IMG/VR virus record: IMGVR_UViG_3300009703_004110 | Span: 248,001-312,000 of that record | Strand: one strand, 5' to 3' | Length of the DNA: 64,000 nucleotides | In this document: positions 49,177-58,420 of the stretch, in pieces | Position numbering within the stretch: the first letter of the stretch is position 1 | Layout: each line of letters starts with the position of its first letter | Notes under the pieces: model-generated | Told to the model about the DNA's origin: nothing | The model's input: only the letters and a program-made list of their open reading frames with translations | Databases searched by the model: none | Position numbers and translations under genes: made by a program

Positions 49177-49519
49177 CTGAGGCTCCGGCGTTTAAAATAT
49201 CTTCTACTTCAACCATCATTCTGCCATAAGCATCATATGTGCCAGGCAACATCATCATGGTTTCGGCGGTAAAAAGATTATCTGCTGCACTTTCGTGAAC
49301 ACCGGACAGGTGATCCAAAGCTTCCTCTGTATCCATTCCGGTAATTGATTCAAGTAATTGTTCGTGAGCCTCTGCATATAAAGATCTGTATTCAGACGGA
49401 TCTTCCGCAGAGTCATCAACAACCTTCTGTAATGTTTGTCTAAACCTATCAAGCTTTTCTTCCGCAGTATTTCCGCGAACACGCCCTGGTCTAAAAAATT
49501 CTAATGGGTTATCCTGCAT
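49163..49519 (-). CDS. Hypothetical protein
   Basis: Overlapping-operon ORF. Confidence 0.6.
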   Translation of the reverse strand: MQDNPLEFFRPGRVRGNTAEEKLDRFRQTLQKVVDDSAEDPSEYRSLYAEAHEQLLESITGMDTEEALDHLSGVHESAADNLFTAETMMMLPGTYDAYGRMMVEVEDILNAGASDVSV

Positions 49520-50078
49520 TTGCTCTCTCCATAAGCCTTTTGCTAATCTTCTTCAACTTCTTATTAAAACGACTTCGTTTAAGACTGCTAGCGTGCTTAA
49601 GGAGAGTGATTCCATCTAAATGGTCAATCTCATGTTGGATAATAACTGCAACAAACCCTGTGAAAATTTCTTCTACAAAGTCGCCGGTCACTGTTTGATA
49701 TCTGACAGATACTTCATCTGGCCTTGATACTTTGACGGCCATTGAGGGCAAGGATAAGCATCCTTCTTCTGACGTGATCTCTGTTTCTGATGCTTCAAGA
49801 ATTACTGGATTGACGAGCTTTAATGCTCCTGAGGCATATCCTCCACCATAAGCTGATGCCGGAGAATAGTCTCCAACATGCCCTGTATCAATCACAATTA
49901 ATCTGCGACTATCACCAACTTGTGGCGCAGCTAATCCCACACCATTGTTGCCGTACATAGTTATCAGCATTTCAGACATATATGCGTCCAGATCATCTCC
50001 GAACTCATCTTCGGTTACATCACGAGCAACCTGATTCAAAATTGTACTGCCTGGAAATCCAGGAATTAAAATTCTCAT
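49509..50078 (-). CDS. def: Peptide deformylase
   Basis: GVGLAAPQVG, EGCLS, QHEIDHLDG. Confidence 0.96.
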   Translation of the reverse strand: MRILIPGFPGSTILNQVARDVTEDEFGDDLDAYMSEMLITMYGNNGVGLAAPQVGDSRRLIVIDTGHVGDYSPASAYGGGYASGALKLVNPVILEASETEITSEEGCLSLPSMAVKVSRPDEVSVRYQTVTGDFVEEIFTGFVAVIIQHEIDHLDGITLLKHASSLKRSRFNKKLKKISKRLMERANAG

Positions 50079-50107
50079 AATTACTTTCCTTTATCCAATT
50101 TCTTTTA

Positions 50108-50194
50108 TGGCGGAGAGTACAGGATTCGAACCTGTGAGGCTGTTACGCCGACGAGTTAGCAACCCGTTCCCTTAAACCGCTCGGGCAACTCTCC
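50108..50194 (-). tRNA. tRNA-Ser(GCT)
   Basis: Loop TTGCTAA, long V arm, G73, CCA. Confidence 0.93.
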
Positions 50195-50199
50195 ATACT

Positions 50200-50493
50200 T
50201 TATTCTATATATTCAAATATGATATATTCACGAGACCATTCAGGAAAAGCTCTGCGTATCAGTTCTTTGACTTTAAATTCTTTATTAGATTGCTGCTTAT
50301 AGCTTTTAAACTTCTTACGCAATTTAACAGGAATAGTTAATCGCAATTGCTGGCCGCCACCTTCTGGGCAGACATAATATTCTAATCTAATGCGTTGACC
50401 AAATCGACTATAGCCGTTCATTACTTCGTGAGCAATTGATTCAATACGAGGCAGATAGTCTAAAACAATGTCGTGCGCTTTACTAGCTGTCAT
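50200..50493 (-). CDS. Hypothetical protein
   Basis: Likely start MTASKA. Confidence 0.5.
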   Translation of the reverse strand: MTASKAHDIVLDYLPRIESIAHEVMNGYSRFGQRIRLEYYVCPEGGGQQLRLTIPVKLRKKFKSYKQQSNKEFKVKELIRRAFPEWSREYIIFEYIE

Positions 50494-50686
50494 CAGATAC
50501 CTGCTTCTCAGCAATATCTTCCGGCATACTTTCAAGTCGCTTTAGCTCTAGCAGCCTATCATGCAGATACTTTAGTCCGGTAAGTCTCTCCATGTGAAGC
50601 AGGTAAGGCACATTTTGCGAGACAACTAGTTGCTCTAAATCGCCCAACACAAGTTCCGCTTTTTCAAATTCTGTTTCAGCACTCAT
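50483..50686 (-). CDS. Hypothetical protein
   Basis: SD GGAG then MSAETE. Confidence 0.55.
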   Translation of the reverse strand: MSAETEFEKAELVLGDLEQLVVSQNVPYLLHMERLTGLKYLHDRLLELKRLESMPEDIAEKQVSDDS

Positions 50687-50812
50687 AATATTCTCCAAAT
50701 AGGTGCGGCAAAGATTAGGGATCCAAACCCCTTGAAAACAACCTAATCTTTGCCTACCTCTTTGAATAGTACCATGCAGAGTAACTTCGTTCAGAAAAAT
50801 ATTCTGTCTTTC

Positions 50813-52483
50813 TTACTCGTATGCATTCATGCTGCCACTTTCAATCTTGGCTGCTTCGACTTCCAACTTCTCTCGCATCAGTGGGCTTAGAATATCACAC
50901 TTAGCAGGACGCTTTGCCCAATCAGCATTAAGACGCTCACGCATTTGATCGAAGTCTTCGAAGACATAATCAACAGGTCCACAGTCCCAGATGACCTCAA
51001 GCAAGTCTGTCTCCATACGATAATCTTCCCAGCTTGTTCCTGTTGCAGGATATACCTTCAACTCAGAACCAACGGAATTAACGATGGTAAGTCCGGGCAG
51101 GCTCATCTTGCTAAGGTCACGACTCGGCTTCTTCATAACATCACGAACCGTTCCGTCCGCATACTCGATACGACAAAGCTTGGTTGCACACTTTAGTGTG
51201 TCACGGTTCTGCTTCTGTAGCAAACCACCGCCCATACCAAAGGCGACATTCTGAGCACTATAACCAGCATTCAAAACGGCACGGAGAATAGCGGCAAGGA
51301 TGCGAGCATCAATACCGTCTCCCTGGATTACAGCCGCTCCGTTAAGAACCTTGTAACCCTTGCTGTTAACTGTCACACCGAATGCTGCCTCGCAAGCTTC
51401 CAGTCCATCTAGAACACATCTAACAGGATCGCCAGAGTCAGGACGTACTACGAATAGAATTCCCTGCTTCTGCGCCAGTGGTGCAATCTGAGGAAGAATC
51501 GTCCAAAGGAACGATGCTCGATCAGGATTATTATAGTTATAAGAATCAGCAACACAGCTAAGGATTGCTCCCTCAGGAGTGATTCCAATAAGATGCTCAA
51601 CTGCGGCCATTTCCTTAGGCCAAGCTGTCATCACACTGTGCTCAGATGCAAGTACCGATTCACCAACCGGACGACCTTCGTTCCACTTAGTTGCAAGCCA
51701 ACCAGCAGTCATGGTATCAGTACCTTCAAAACTTAGAAGGTGACCGGCACCAGTAGTCATCGCAGTTTCTGCGCTCGATACTCCACGCGAACCAAAATCA
51801 TGCAAACGGCTGGGAAGCAAGAAGTCAAGCTCTGCTTCAACAGACTCATCAAATGCGGCACGAATCAGACGCCAAACATGACGGCTCTTAGTAGCAGTAA
51901 CGGACGGGCTCCACAGACGCATCAACGCAGTCTCAAGCCAAGTCACCAGATACACAAACTCATCGTCTGTTAGATTATCTGTGCTTGCCGTAATTGTAAA
52001 GCAAGGAACATTCGGATAAACCACTGTTCCATCACGTAGCGCCTTAATCTTGATGGGAATATATCCACCATTATCTACGACCTTCTGCCATAGATGCTTG
52101 GGCCAACTCATCGGAGTCTTTGCGACACCATGAGTCTTTAGATAGGTCTCTGCTTCATCTACTTCAAACTGCTCAATTCGATGAGAGATAACAGTTTCAA
52201 ATAGGTAGCGCATACCAAAGAAAACGATTCGCTCGTCCTCTGCTGTGAGTGGGCCACGGAATGTAAAGTACGCAGTCATTGACTTTGCGTCAGGATACAT
52301 CTGCCAGTGTCCAGTCTTATAAGTATCCGTGTCCAGTAGGAACGGGATACGTCGAGGGTCGCTTTTTAGAATGTCAATCTTAAGCTGTTCCATCAGATCC
52401 GCTAAGGCATCTGATCCTGCTGCGCCGTGTATCTGTAAGATATTACATTCTGCTTCTCTAATAATATCATTTATATTTCTCAT
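50813..52483 (-). CDS. nadV: Nicotinamide phosphoribosyltransferase
   Basis: TDTYK..H..MYP, LHDFGSRG, ASEHS, VRPDSGDP, IQGDG, FGMGGGLLQ. Confidence 0.95.
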   Translation of the reverse strand: MRNINDIIREAECNILQIHGAAGSDALADLMEQLKIDILKSDPRRIPFLLDTDTYKTGHWQMYPDAKSMTAYFTFRGPLTAEDERIVFFGMRYLFETVISHRIEQFEVDEAETYLKTHGVAKTPMSWPKHLWQKVVDNGGYIPIKIKALRDGTVVYPNVPCFTITASTDNLTDDEFVYLVTWLETALMRLWSPSVTATKSRHVWRLIRAAFDESVEAELDFLLPSRLHDFGSRGVSSAETAMTTGAGHLLSFEGTDTMTAGWLATKWNEGRPVGESVLASEHSVMTAWPKEMAAVEHLIGITPEGAILSCVADSYNYNNPDRASFLWTILPQIAPLAQKQGILFVVRPDSGDPVRCVLDGLEACEAAFGVTVNSKGYKVLNGAAVIQGDGIDARILAAILRAVLNAGYSAQNVAFGMGGGLLQKQNRDTLKCATKLCRIEYADGTVRDVMKKPSRDLSKMSLPGLTIVNSVGSELKVYPATGTSWEDYRMETDLLEVIWDCGPVDYVFEDFDQMRERLNADWAKRPAKCDILSPLMREKLEVEAAKIESGSMNAYE

Positions 52484-52513
52484 GAGTCTATTCTCCTATT
52501 TGTTTTGCGGGAT

Positions 52514-52723
52514 CTATTCCCTAATTATGATGATGGTTCTCTTTCCATCTTTAATGCCCCTTCCCTTAACAGGCTTGGCATTTGTTGGGTTATCATAGTA
52601 ACCGCCTCTTCCATCGTCTATCCACTCGCCTCTATTACAGTTGCAAGTCAATACAGGTCCGTCTCCGCATCTACCATCATAGAGTGCTCCGGCACCACAT
52701 ACACTACACTTATAGTCTCTCAT
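52514..52723 (-). CDS. Small Zn-ribbon protein
   Basis: CSVC...C..C. Confidence 0.5.
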   Translation of the reverse strand: MRDYKCSVCGAGALYDGRCGDGPVLTCNCNRGEWIDDGRGGYYDNPTNAKPVKGRGIKDGKRTIIIIRE

Positions 52724-52747
52724 ACTCCTTTTCCTTCGGGTCTATTC

Positions 52748-53881
52748 CTAGTATGCCATGCTTTCGATAATATCAAGGTGATCCTCAAACAAAAGGTGTG
52801 GCATATCATTAATGACTTCGCTTAGAGCGAACCATTGTACTCTGGTTACTTCCCTCTCAAATCCACGCTCGGGCTTAAGTTGGGGAATCTTAAACCATGA
52901 AGGAACATCCCATCGAAACGCATGTGTGAGCACACGCCCACGCTGGCTTCTCTTTGGGTGATCGAAACGGTCTTCCTTAGTCAACCATTCGTCACGTACC
53001 TTCATTCGTGTCTCTTCCTGTAGCTCGCGCTTTGCGCCAGCAACAGCCGTCTCATCCGCCTCAAGGAATCCTCCTGGCAGAGCCCACAGTCCCTTGCCGG
53101 GATGTGAGCGACGACGAACAAGTAGAATGTTACCCTGATGGATAACTACATTATCTGTCGTCATAAACTGTAGCTTATGACCAGCGGGGCTAATTTGCCT
53201 AATCCTTTCTCCGGACTCATCAATGATCCAGAGATACTGATCTTTTGGCAACCCTTCTAATGGGTCATACTTGCTTCGATACTTTAGAATATGCTTATGT
53301 CCAGCGGCCATGTTCTTGCCGTGCTCTGTGCCTATCCATTGGGACAGGAGCTCTGAAGTAGATGAGGCAACAAGGCTCATCCAGTCATTGGACTCGTTCA
53401 TATAAAGTCCGTGCATAATTTCTGCATATCGGCTTTCAATATCTTCAATAACCTCTACCTCAGAATTCCATCGAGGGAAGCTATTTAAATAGTCAGTTTC
53501 TTCATGCCTTCTATCTACACCATACAAAGTGATATTGCAATCACTTAGTCGGTGATCTGGCCCATAGGCTGACTTAATTCCTTCTGAGACAGCCTCTTGA
53601 ACCTTAGTAAGAAAACGTGTCTTATTATACCAGTAATCACGAGCCCTTCTGTATTCGACCTTGTGATAATCTAAACCGTAATCTGCAAGGGCCTCATCAA
53701 TCATGTTTGATCGTTCTGCCGCTACAAAGGGGTCTCTGGAGTCACGGGCTGTATCAGATGAGCCAAGGATAACTACTACAATGTTATTATCACTAATGGC
53801 CGGGCTGAATAGCCGCTCAATTTGTTCTAGGGTCACAGGCTGAAATCGCCCAATGATTACGCCTACATTTGGATTCTGCAT
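52748..53881 (-). CDS. NMN adenylyltransferase-like/Nudix bifunctional protein (NadM-Nudix), HxGH motif degenerate
   Basis: IGRFQP, GS...RDPF..AER; GLWALPGGF...RELQEET; FEDH. Confidence 0.88.
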   Translation of the reverse strand: MQNPNVGVIIGRFQPVTLEQIERLFSPAISDNNIVVVILGSSDTARDSRDPFVAAERSNMIDEALADYGLDYHKVEYRRARDYWYNKTRFLTKVQEAVSEGIKSAYGPDHRLSDCNITLYGVDRRHEETDYLNSFPRWNSEVEVIEDIESRYAEIMHGLYMNESNDWMSLVASSTSELLSQWIGTEHGKNMAAGHKHILKYRSKYDPLEGLPKDQYLWIIDESGERIRQISPAGHKLQFMTTDNVVIHQGNILLVRRRSHPGKGLWALPGGFLEADETAVAGAKRELQEETRMKVRDEWLTKEDRFDHPKRSQRGRVLTHAFRWDVPSWFKIPQLKPERGFEREVTRVQWFALSEVINDMPHLLFEDHLDIIESMAY

Positions 53882-53958
53882 AAGAGTCTATCTCCTAATT
53901 ATATTATTTACCACTTAACTACGACGTCGTCTCCCGAGTCGTTATCTCTCTGATCTGA

Positions 53959-54180
53959 CTAAGTACTTCTGCTGACAGTAAAGCCGTTCTCTTCAAGGGC
54001 CGCTTTGATGCCCAAATAAACACGGCCTCTATAGCTGTAGTCTATTTTCATTAGCGACACGCTTACACTTGTTCTGCCGCTTGCGGCCGCCCGCCTAATC
54101 TTTTCGTAAATAGACTCGGGATCTAGCTGCTGTGTTGCCGCATATTTATCGTTTAATTCTTTTGCCTCACTGGCTTTCAT
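53959..54180 (-). CDS. Hypothetical protein
   Basis: Small ORF. Confidence 0.55.
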   Translation of the reverse strand: MKASEAKELNDKYAATQQLDPESIYEKIRRAAASGRTSVSVSLMKIDYSYRGRVYLGIKAALEENGFTVSRST

Positions 54181-54217
54181 TTTATTCTCTCTTCGGCGTC
54201 TGTCGCCTATTTTTATC

Positions 54218-54526
54218 TTACTTTTTTGCGGAAAGAATATCTAAATAAAATAATATCTCCAAGTCATCGTCGCCAAGACCTGACATGAATTCTTCCCCAT
54301 CGATTGTAGTCGCACAGCCTGTGTGATTAATTTTAACAAAAGTGACTTTGCCGTGATCTGATACAAAACCAACCTTATCAGAATCCATAATAACAACATT
54401 CATACGCCTTGGCGACGTAACTCTAACTTTTCGACTATTGATTAACGAAATATAAACGAGCATGGCCCGGCTCTTTTTCTTAGCACAATATTCTATAAAA
54501 GAAAGCTTCCGCCCAATCTTTATCAT
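54218..54526 (-). CDS. Hypothetical protein, C-terminal-tag family
   Basis: Ends LEILFYLDILSAKK. Confidence 0.55.
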   Translation of the reverse strand: MIKIGRKLSFIEYCAKKKSRAMLVYISLINSRKVRVTSPRRMNVVIMDSDKVGFVSDHGKVTFVKINHTGCATTIDGEEFMSGLGDDDLEILFYLDILSAKK

Positions 54527-54984
54527 AGCAAAGGAAGGTGGCCGGTAATCCTATCAACATCTTCAACAAAACCTGGGCCAATTGCAACGGCTGTCTTTGT
54601 CGGAACACCATCAAACTCAGTGAATCCAGCGTCGGTGATTAAAGAGCACGGAAGATTAGCGGCCTTAGCCGCCTCATATAACTCCACTAACTCTTCTTCA
54701 CTATCAACACTAACACAGATCTTAGCAAACCTTCCGGCAATCCAAGCACAGACACCCTGTAGCTTTCTGATATAACTCTTAAGCCCCCTTGGACCGAAAT
54801 GTAAATCTACTACCCCGTAAATCCCGCCTTCTTCCCAAAGACCTATATCACCACTACCCCAATCAATTAGATCTAATAGTACAGCGCAAGAAGCATGAGC
54901 GCCTTGCGACACCATCTTACCTTTCCTCATATTAAGATCTTTTCTTATTATGATTACCTGCTTTGCTTTATAATTTTTGGTCAT
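54523..54984 (-). CDS. pth2: Peptidyl-tRNA hydrolase type 2
   Basis: KQVIIIRKDLNMRKGKMVSQGAHA, DAGFTE, TAVAIGP, ITGHLPLL. Confidence 0.93.
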   Translation of the reverse strand: MTKNYKAKQVIIIRKDLNMRKGKMVSQGAHASCAVLLDLIDWGSGDIGLWEEGGIYGVVDLHFGPRGLKSYIRKLQGVCAWIAGRFAKICVSVDSEEELVELYEAAKAANLPCSLITDAGFTEFDGVPTKTAVAIGPGFVEDVDRITGHLPLL

Positions 54985-55559
54985 ATATTCCTCGGTGGCT
55001 TTACGGCCTCAACATTTAAACTAACCAAAGTTCCTTTGTGCCATATTTCATCTGGCAGCTCATTACCATCCTCATCATGCCTTGGAACATAATCCCTGCT
55101 CCAGTCTCTTACATTAGCATGTGAAGTTGTAAATGGATCATATCGTTTGATATTGACAAATCCCATTTCAGACAAATCTTTTTGAAGCTGGTTGAAATCC
55201 CATCCCCAACAGTGATAGTCGTAAGGATTTCTTTGGCCACCGAACATGGTGCCTCTTATCTCAGATAGATCACCAGTCTCATTGTAGTGACGAATCAGCC
55301 CTTCAAAATCAGGAACCGAAATCCTTAGCATTCCGCCCGGTGCTAACAAATCAAGTAAGGTTGATAGAACATCTTTGTACTCGTGTCGTGAGAAGTGTTC
55401 TAAAACATGGCAAGCATAGATGTAATCAACACTGTTCTTTTCAAACTTTGTATGCAAATCTTTTATATCACATATCAAATCAGTAGCGTCAGTTTCATAA
55501 ATATCTATGTTTACAAAGCCTTCTATCTTTTTTGGTCCGCATCCTAAATGTAATTTCAT
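54981..55559 (-). CDS. Class I SAM-dependent methyltransferase
   Basis: LHLGCG, HVLEH, GGMLRISVPDF, SLNVEA. Confidence 0.88.
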   Translation of the reverse strand: MKLHLGCGPKKIEGFVNIDIYETDATDLICDIKDLHTKFEKNSVDYIYACHVLEHFSRHEYKDVLSTLLDLLAPGGMLRISVPDFEGLIRHYNETGDLSEIRGTMFGGQRNPYDYHCWGWDFNQLQKDLSEMGFVNIKRYDPFTTSHANVRDWSRDYVPRHDEDGNELPDEIWHKGTLVSLNVEAVKPPRNI

Positions 55560-55575
55560 TTTCCCTTCAATTTTA

Positions 55576-55651
55576 TGGCACGCTGTAAGGGATTCGAACC
55601 CTTGACGCGGAGGTCTAGAATCTCCCGCTCTGACCGCTGAGCTAACAGCGC
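55576..55651 (-). tRNA. Amber suppressor tRNA (anticodon CTA)
   Basis: 76-nt cloverleaf; GGAGA-TTCTAGA-CCTCC (A31/C39 mismatch), G73, CCA. Confidence 0.8.
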
Positions 55652-55730
55652 AAAATGAAATAGAAAGCTTAGGCCGAAGCCTTTGTGTCCTCTCTATTTC
55701 ATTACCCTTTGAATTTTGTTTTTAGCTTGC

Positions 55731-56105
55731 TTACTGAAGGCTTGCCGCATACAGCGCTGTCTTGGCTGAGTAGTTGCTGTTTGAAAGTGCCCAACTTCTC
55801 ATCCAATCCCAATCACCCATCACATAGGCAGAGAATTGAGTTTCAGAAAGGTCAATCTCTGTGTCTACAGACATTTCCTGCATTCGGATAATTCTATCGA
55901 AGGTTTTGACATGTGATTGCAGTTCTGCTAAGCTAAATTGCATATTAACTTTTTCGCCATTCTCTAGTTGGCGCAGCTTCTTCATTAAAATTCTCTTGGA
56001 CTCTCGACGATAGCCCTCCATCACCTCTTCATACATTTCGATGTGCTCTTCTCGGTTAGTTCTTAGCGCCTCAAGAACATCTTTTCTTAATACTGTTACA
56101 TTCAT
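55731..56105 (-). CDS. Conserved phage hypothetical protein
   Basis: NREEH...F..YV...W.W motif. Confidence 0.7.
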   Translation of the reverse strand: MNVTVLRKDVLEALRTNREEHIEMYEEVMEGYRRESKRILMKKLRQLENGEKVNMQFSLAELQSHVKTFDRIIRMQEMSVDTEIDLSETQFSAYVMGDWDWMRSWALSNSNYSAKTALYAASLQ

Positions 56106-56132
56106 TTCGTCACGGCTTCCCCTTATATTTCC

Positions 56133-56426
56133 TCACTTTGCATATACCTCGTTCAGAGGCCAGAATCCATATCCTGTACGGATCCCTTTGATTAATCTTC
56201 TTAAGATTGCAGCTTCCTCATTAGAAACTACACGAGACCAAAAGTGTCTTAAGAAATCTTCTCTATCTTCATAGTCAAGATATTGGTTTGAACCAAATCC
56301 ATAATGAAGTGGCTGATTAGATGGAATTTTGCTTTGTGCGTTATTCCACTCTTCTTCCTCCATTAATGCTACTCCGCCAAGATTAAACTCATCAGCCCAA
56401 TTATCATTAAAGTAAATTAACAACAA
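56133..56426 (-). CDS. Hypothetical protein
   Basis: DNWADEF, FGSNQ. Confidence 0.65.
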   Translation of the reverse strand: MLLIYFNDNWADEFNLGGVALMEEEEWNNAQSKIPSNQPLHYGFGSNQYLDYEDREDFLRHFWSRVVSNEEAAILRRLIKGIRTGYGFWPLNEVYAK

Positions 56427-56427
56427 T

Positions 56428-56655
56428 TCAATCTCCTTTGTTATTCAAAAATGAAATGAACACTCCAGAACGTTCATCCCACCATGTAAATTCAACATAA
56501 ATACTTGAAATAACATTTGCTGCACTACTTTTTTCAGTTACTCTCAGCCAAACTCCACCGGGCAAATTCATGGCTGATGTAACAATGTCACCACTACCAT
56601 AGCCACCATAAGATTTATCTACTCTTAACCACTTGCCCATTATGGGGTCGCTCAT
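56428..56655 (-). CDS. Hypothetical protein
   Basis: Small ORF. Confidence 0.55.
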   Translation of the reverse strand: MSDPIMGKWLRVDKSYGGYGSGDIVTSAMNLPGGVWLRVTEKSSAANVISSIYVEFTWWDERSGVFISFLNNKGD

Positions 56656-56658
56656 AAT

Positions 56659-57597
56659 TTAACCATTAAAAAGATGTTTACAAATAGCTCGACCTCTGCG
56701 ATCGATCTGCTTCCACTTAATCTTAAAACTATCAGATTCTCTTCCGCCAAATATCTTGGCATTACTATGAACCTCAGATAAGCCTGCAAGTAACAAAGTA
56801 ATTGCAACGATCTTATTTCTACAGAACTCTTCAGCTTCTGATGCTTTGATAGTATGAATCTCCATATCTCTCAGAATAAGCTCTCCAATAATTGGGTCGC
56901 CATTAATTTTATTCCAAGTCTGATATGATATCTTTGCGTGATCAGGAAAATGAACACGGCCTTCTTCATCCATTTCTTTACAGTAAGGCTTGCCACAATC
57001 ATGCATGGTAGCGTACTGCTGAATGATATCCGATGATAACAAACTATTTTTGATATCCTCTCTGTACCCTTCAAACCAAGAAGGCAGTTTCCAGTCTAGT
57101 CGCAACTCTTGTCCGTCCAGATAATGAAGCAAATCTTCATAATGCTTCCAGACGGATAGTCCGTGCTCGTAAATTGTTTGCCCTTTGGTCTGCTCTATAT
57201 GCTTCATATCTCGTACCACTTTTTGGTACGGCGTCTCTGGCTGACTAAATTCTTTTAGTGCCAGCGGAAGCGAGCCACAGAATCTTCGACCTTTATCTCC
57301 AGGCTCAATTGCAAGTGCAGTAATCTGATTGTTAATGTCGGGCTCTCGAAAAACAGAAAATCTAATCTTCTTCTTTTCGGCTCGTGCAATCAGCTTGATT
57401 AGCTCGTCTTCATCCTTCGCAGATAGAATTGCGATATGATTAGAAGACTGATACCATTCCGATTCGATCTCAGAATGCTCTGAAATGAATTCACGAAATG
57501 CGTGAAGTGCCTGTGCAATTTGTGTGCCAGGATCTAAATCCTTGCGAGTAATAATATATAGCTTGTCAGTTGGACAGAGGCCCTAAGTGTGTTCCAT
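56659..57597 (-). CDS. Pth2-like domain plus HD domain fusion, in-frame TAG at codon 5 (312 aa if read through)
   Basis: SD AGGAGAGG; ATG GAA CAC ACT TAG; KLYIITRKDL.PG.QIAQALHA...FREPDI...TALAI...LPLA; MHDCGKP...HFPDH. Confidence 0.85.
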
Positions 57598-57606
57598 TTC
57601 CCTCTC

Positions 57607-58014
57607 CTATAAGGTCTGTTGTATGCTATCCATATCTTCTATCTCTATTTCATCAAAGCCAAAGTCGGCTTGAAATGTGCGGACGCTAGTGCTATCTGTT
57701 TCATCAGAATGAATTGAGTGCCAATACTGCCCATCATATTCTGCGTTATTTACAAGATGCACATGATGCACATGATAGACTCTTCCATTAATTTCTTTAC
57801 TTAACCAAGTAGATAAAAGACGCTTATTCTTTCCCGATTCTCCAGCTTCGCCAGTAATATACCAGCCATGCCCAAATAATGAATCGGTGTTTCCAATGCC
57901 CCACTCATCAGAAGTTAAGTTATTATAAAGATGATTCATTCTATCTCTGTAGAAATCCCATTCTCCAATCCATAGAACATTATAACCAACATCTGAATAA
58001 GTATTCCTGCCCAT
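57607..58014 (-). CDS. Hypothetical protein
   Basis: SD GGGAG. Confidence 0.6.
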   Translation of the reverse strand: MGRNTYSDVGYNVLWIGEWDFYRDRMNHLYNNLTSDEWGIGNTDSLFGHGWYITGEAGESGKNKRLLSTWLSKEINGRVYHVHHVHLVNNAEYDGQYWHSIHSDETDSTSVRTFQADFGFDEIEIEDMDSIQQTL

Positions 58015-58066
58015 CTTAATTCTCCCATGTGATATGCAGGCCGGTAGGCGGCAAAATCTTTATAGT

Positions 58067-58297
58067 CTATTCACTCTCGTCAGCTTTCTCTTTCACTAAT
58101 TTAATATAAGCAGTATAAGCAACTTGACTATATGCCATGTTAATTGAGGCGGACATTACTACCAGTGATATACCAAAGATTGCTTCTTCATCTGTGCCAT
58201 GCATCATATCATAAATGATATAAGCAAATTCCTCTGGTGTGTTTTGTTCAATTAATTTCTTACAAAACCGGGCTGGGTCGATTGACTCTAATAACAT
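58067..58297 (-). CDS. Hypothetical protein
   Basis: SD GAGG. Confidence 0.55.
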   Translation of the reverse strand: MLLESIDPARFCKKLIEQNTPEEFAYIIYDMMHGTDEEAIFGISLVVMSASINMAYSQVAYTAYIKLVKEKADESE

Positions 58298-58313
58298 GGT
58301 TTCCTCGTAATTA

Positions 58314-58390
58314 TGGAGGCGACGGCAGGATTCGAACCTGCGAATAGACGAGTTGCAGTCGCCTCCCTTAAGCCTCTTGGGTACGTCGCC
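58314..58390 (-). tRNA. tRNA-Cys(GCA)
   Basis: Loop CTGCAAC, U73, CCA. Confidence 0.92.
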
Positions 58391-58420
58391 ATTATGGGGA
58401 GATTTCTCTCCCCAATTAGA

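Noticed and set aside
50701-50759. tRNA minihelix downstream of nadV
   Set aside because: Explained adequately as a 13-bp hairpin (terminator or processing site); the T-arm match is weak.
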